Shown piece after piece: positions 60,462 through 64,000 of a DNA stretch of 64,000 nt. The DNA comes from Octopus vulgaris (Eukaryota). The DNA is taken from NCBI GenBank assembly GCA_951406725.2, contig OX597818.1:54188001-54252000 (forward strand). Reading direction: 5' to 3'. Position 1 is the first letter of the stretch; every line of letters starts with the position of its first letter. The notes beneath the pieces were generated by a model. The model did no database searches and was not told where the DNA came from. It saw only the letters and a program-made list of their open reading frames with translations. Made by a program: the position numbers and the translations under genes.

Positions 60462-60719
60462 TACATATACACATATACATGTATACATACGCAAAAATGA
60501 TACACATATATACACATACACACACACAGACAGATGCATATACATACATATATATATATAAACTACATATCTATATAAATACATACATAATACACATATA
60601 CACACACATATATATACATTCATGCATATACATATACAAGTATACATACACATACATACACACACACGCGCACACATACATATACACACACACATATACA
60701 AATACATACATACACACAT

Positions 60720-60752
<33 letters not shown>

Positions 60753-61440
60753 CATACATGTACACATATACATATGTATATATATATCAACAAGGGAGGG
60801 TAAAGTTAATTAGTTATTAATCAATTTCATCAAGTGTTCAGTATGTAAAGGGACCATTATTATTTTGAGTAAACAATGTTAGAGGGAAAAAAATTCTCTA
60901 AGTAGTGGAAGAGGCTAAAAAACTTTATTGGCTGCTATTTCTAGAAAGTTTAGTATGTGGCAAAGTAATTTATTTTATTTTCCTAAGCCCTAATTATATA
61001 ATATTTTATACATACATACACATACATAAGCACATACATTTACACATACATATGCATATACATATATACACATATACATACAAACACATATACACATATA
61101 CACATACACATACACATATATATACATATATATAATATATATGTGTATGTATGTGTATGTATGTATAAATATTATATATATTAGCTATAGGAAAATAAAA
61201 TGGTAATTACTATGTACCATGCATTCTATACTTATATACATACATATACGATAAATAACGCTGCACATATAAATGTTCTTAGCTCTCACTACTTGTCAAA
61301 TTTTTTCCCTCTAACATTGTTTACTCAAAATAATAATGGTCCCTTTACATACTGAACACTTGATGAAATTGATTAATAACTAATTAACTTTACCCTCCCT
61401 TGTTGATATATATATACATATGTATATGTGTACATGTATG

Positions 61441-61473
<33 letters not shown>

Positions 61474-61979
61474 ATGTGTGTATGTATGTATTTGTATATG
61501 TGTGTGTGTATATGTATGTGTGCGCGTGTGTGTGTATGTATGTGTATGTATACTTGTATATGTATATGCATGAATGTATATATATGTGTGTGTATATGTG
61601 TATTATGTATGTAGTTATATAGATATGTAGTTTATATATATATATATGTATGTATATGCATCTGTCTGTGTGTGTGTATGTGTATATATGTGTATCATTT
61701 TTGCGTATGTATACATGTATATGTGTATATGTATGTGTGTGTGTGTGTGTATGTATATATATATATATATATATGTGTATATATATGTATATATATATAT
61801 ATGCATACGTATGTGTATGTACATGTATATATGTATGTGTGTATATGTATATATGTTTATATATGTGAGTATGTAGTGATATAAGTATATGCATGTGTAT
61901 GTATGGGTATGTGTATCAGTGTATATGTATATATGTATGTGTGTGTGTATGTATATGTATGTATGTGTGTATATATGTA

Positions 61980-62014
<35 letters not shown>

Positions 62015-62075
62015 TGTGTATATATGTGTTATGTATGTGTATGTGTATGTATGTATTATATATTATATATATATA

Positions 62076-62123
<48 letters not shown>

Positions 62124-62615
62124 TGCGTGTGTGTATGTATGCATATATGTATGTATGCATGTATATGTGTATGTATATATATGTGTGTAAGTGTGTGCAT
62201 ATATGTATTTGTAAGTATGTGTGCGCGTATGAGTATGTATGTATGCTTGCACACGTGTATATATGTGTGTGTGTGTATATATATGGATGCGCGTGCGTGT
62301 GTGCACGTGTATGGGTACGCATGTATATGTGTATGTGCGTGTATGCGTATACGTGTATGTATGTATGTGTGTGCGTAGATTTGTATATGTATGTGTGAGT
62401 GTGTATATATATATATATATATATATACATATATATATAGATGGGTGTGTGTATGCGTATAAATGCATGTAAGTATGGATGTATGGATGTATGTATGTAT
62501 GTATACGTATGTATGTGTGTATGTGTGTATGTATATATATATGTGTGTATATATGTTTGTGTATGTATATATATGTGTATGTATGTGTGTGTATATGTAT
62601 GTGTGTATGTGTATG

Positions 62616-62659
<44 letters not shown>

Positions 62660-63543
62660 TATGTATCTGTATGTAGGAGTATATATGTGTGTGTGTGTAT
62701 GTATATGCGGGTATATATATATATATATGTATATTTATTGGTGTATATGTATAGACTAGCCTCCTAAAGTGTAGACACGAATCTGTAGGTACGAGTACGT
62801 ATGTGTATATACGTGAACGTATGTAGATGTTTGTATGTATGAATATAACGCGTGCGTACGTGTATGTGTATGAGTGTACGAATGGGTGAATGTACGTGCT
62901 AATGAGTGTGCGTGCGGGAATGAGTACTTGCCTTCTAGTAGACAGACAAATGGACATGCAGCCATTGCCAGGATTCTTAGCCCTAGCGATCAAAGATAAC
63001 AAAAGTAATAAATGAAGATAATAAAATTAAAATTAGGGAATGGGCCTGTATTGGATTGTATATATATATATGTATATGTATATTTGTATGTATGTATGTG
63101 TGTATGTGTAGGTATGTATAGGTACACATGTGTATGTGTATGTGTATGTATATATATATGTGTGTATGTATGTATGTGCACACATGTGTATATATATGTA
63201 TGCGTGTATATGTTTATATATATATATGTGTACATAGGTGTATGTGGGTGTATGTATATATAGGTGTAAATATGTGTATATAGGGAACTAGGTGTGTTGT
63301 GTGTGCATGAGTGTATGTGCGTATGAATATATATTTTTATGTGTATATATGTATGTGTGGTCGTGGGTATATATATATATATATATACATGTGTGTATGC
63401 GTGCATGCATGGGAGTGAGTGTATGCATATATACGTGTGTGTATGTGTAGACAGGTATAGGCATGTGCATGTGTATAAATTTGTATATGTGGGCGGGTGT
63501 ATGTATGTGTGTATGTAGATATGTATGTATGTGTGTACATATG

Positions 63544-63594
<51 letters not shown>

Positions 63595-64000
63595 ATATAT
63601 ATGTGTATGTATGTATGTGTGTGTAGATACGTATACATGTGTGTATAGGTATAAGTGAGAATCTCCTTATTTACCTATAACTCTATCCCCCCTTTTTTTA
63701 TATATATATTTTTTATATATATATTTTATATATATATTTTTTTATATATATTTTTTATATTTTTTATTTTTTTATTTTTTTATTTTATTTTTTTATTTTT
63801 TATTTTTTTATTTTTTTATTTATCTATTCTTTCATCTAAATTACCACTGACTCCTTGACCACTCCCCCAAGTATGATATTTTGCGCTATGCCTACCCCCA
63901 AAAAGTCCCCCACCACCACTCCTTTAAACCTGCCTAAATGTATAAATGCTAATACAATTCTTGTTAAATAGCTTCCTGAAGATTTCTCTTGAATGAAACA
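58182..64000. repeat. Giant inverted repeat (arms ~58182-60895 and ~61299-64000, continuing beyond the window)
   Basis: Unique blocks are mirrored (59171+ vs 63002-, 58332-58535 vs 63655-63858); centre near 61135. Confidence 0.92.

Overview
AT-rich, repeat-dominated eukaryotic DNA. The SINE families and huge (TA)n/(CA)n tracts suggest an octopus/cephalopod genome (inference). Almost all listed ORFs are microsatellite or repeat artefacts. The host genes are a duplicated pair of intronless effector-caspase (caspase-3/7-like) genes: 30841-31707 is intact, and 45474-46324 has a 1-nt homopolymer frameshift. The rest is mobile DNA: RTE, CR1-like and Tx1/L1-like LINEs, a triplicated mariner fragment, Helitron pieces, a non-autonomous LTR element with a tRNA-Trp PBS, pogo/piggyBac/hAT derivatives and SINEs. 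The main hidden signal is non-coding. A 6.3-kb array of ~563-bp units (7398-13685) flips orientation at 10273/10274, and nearly every full unit carries a minimal type I hammerhead ribozyme, as expected for a retrozyme or Penelope-like pseudo-LTR array. At least three other unrelated hammerhead families occur in the window, mostly in inverted repeats embedded in (TA)n, and all have self-complementary helix III. All folds were deduced by eye; cleavage activity is untested.
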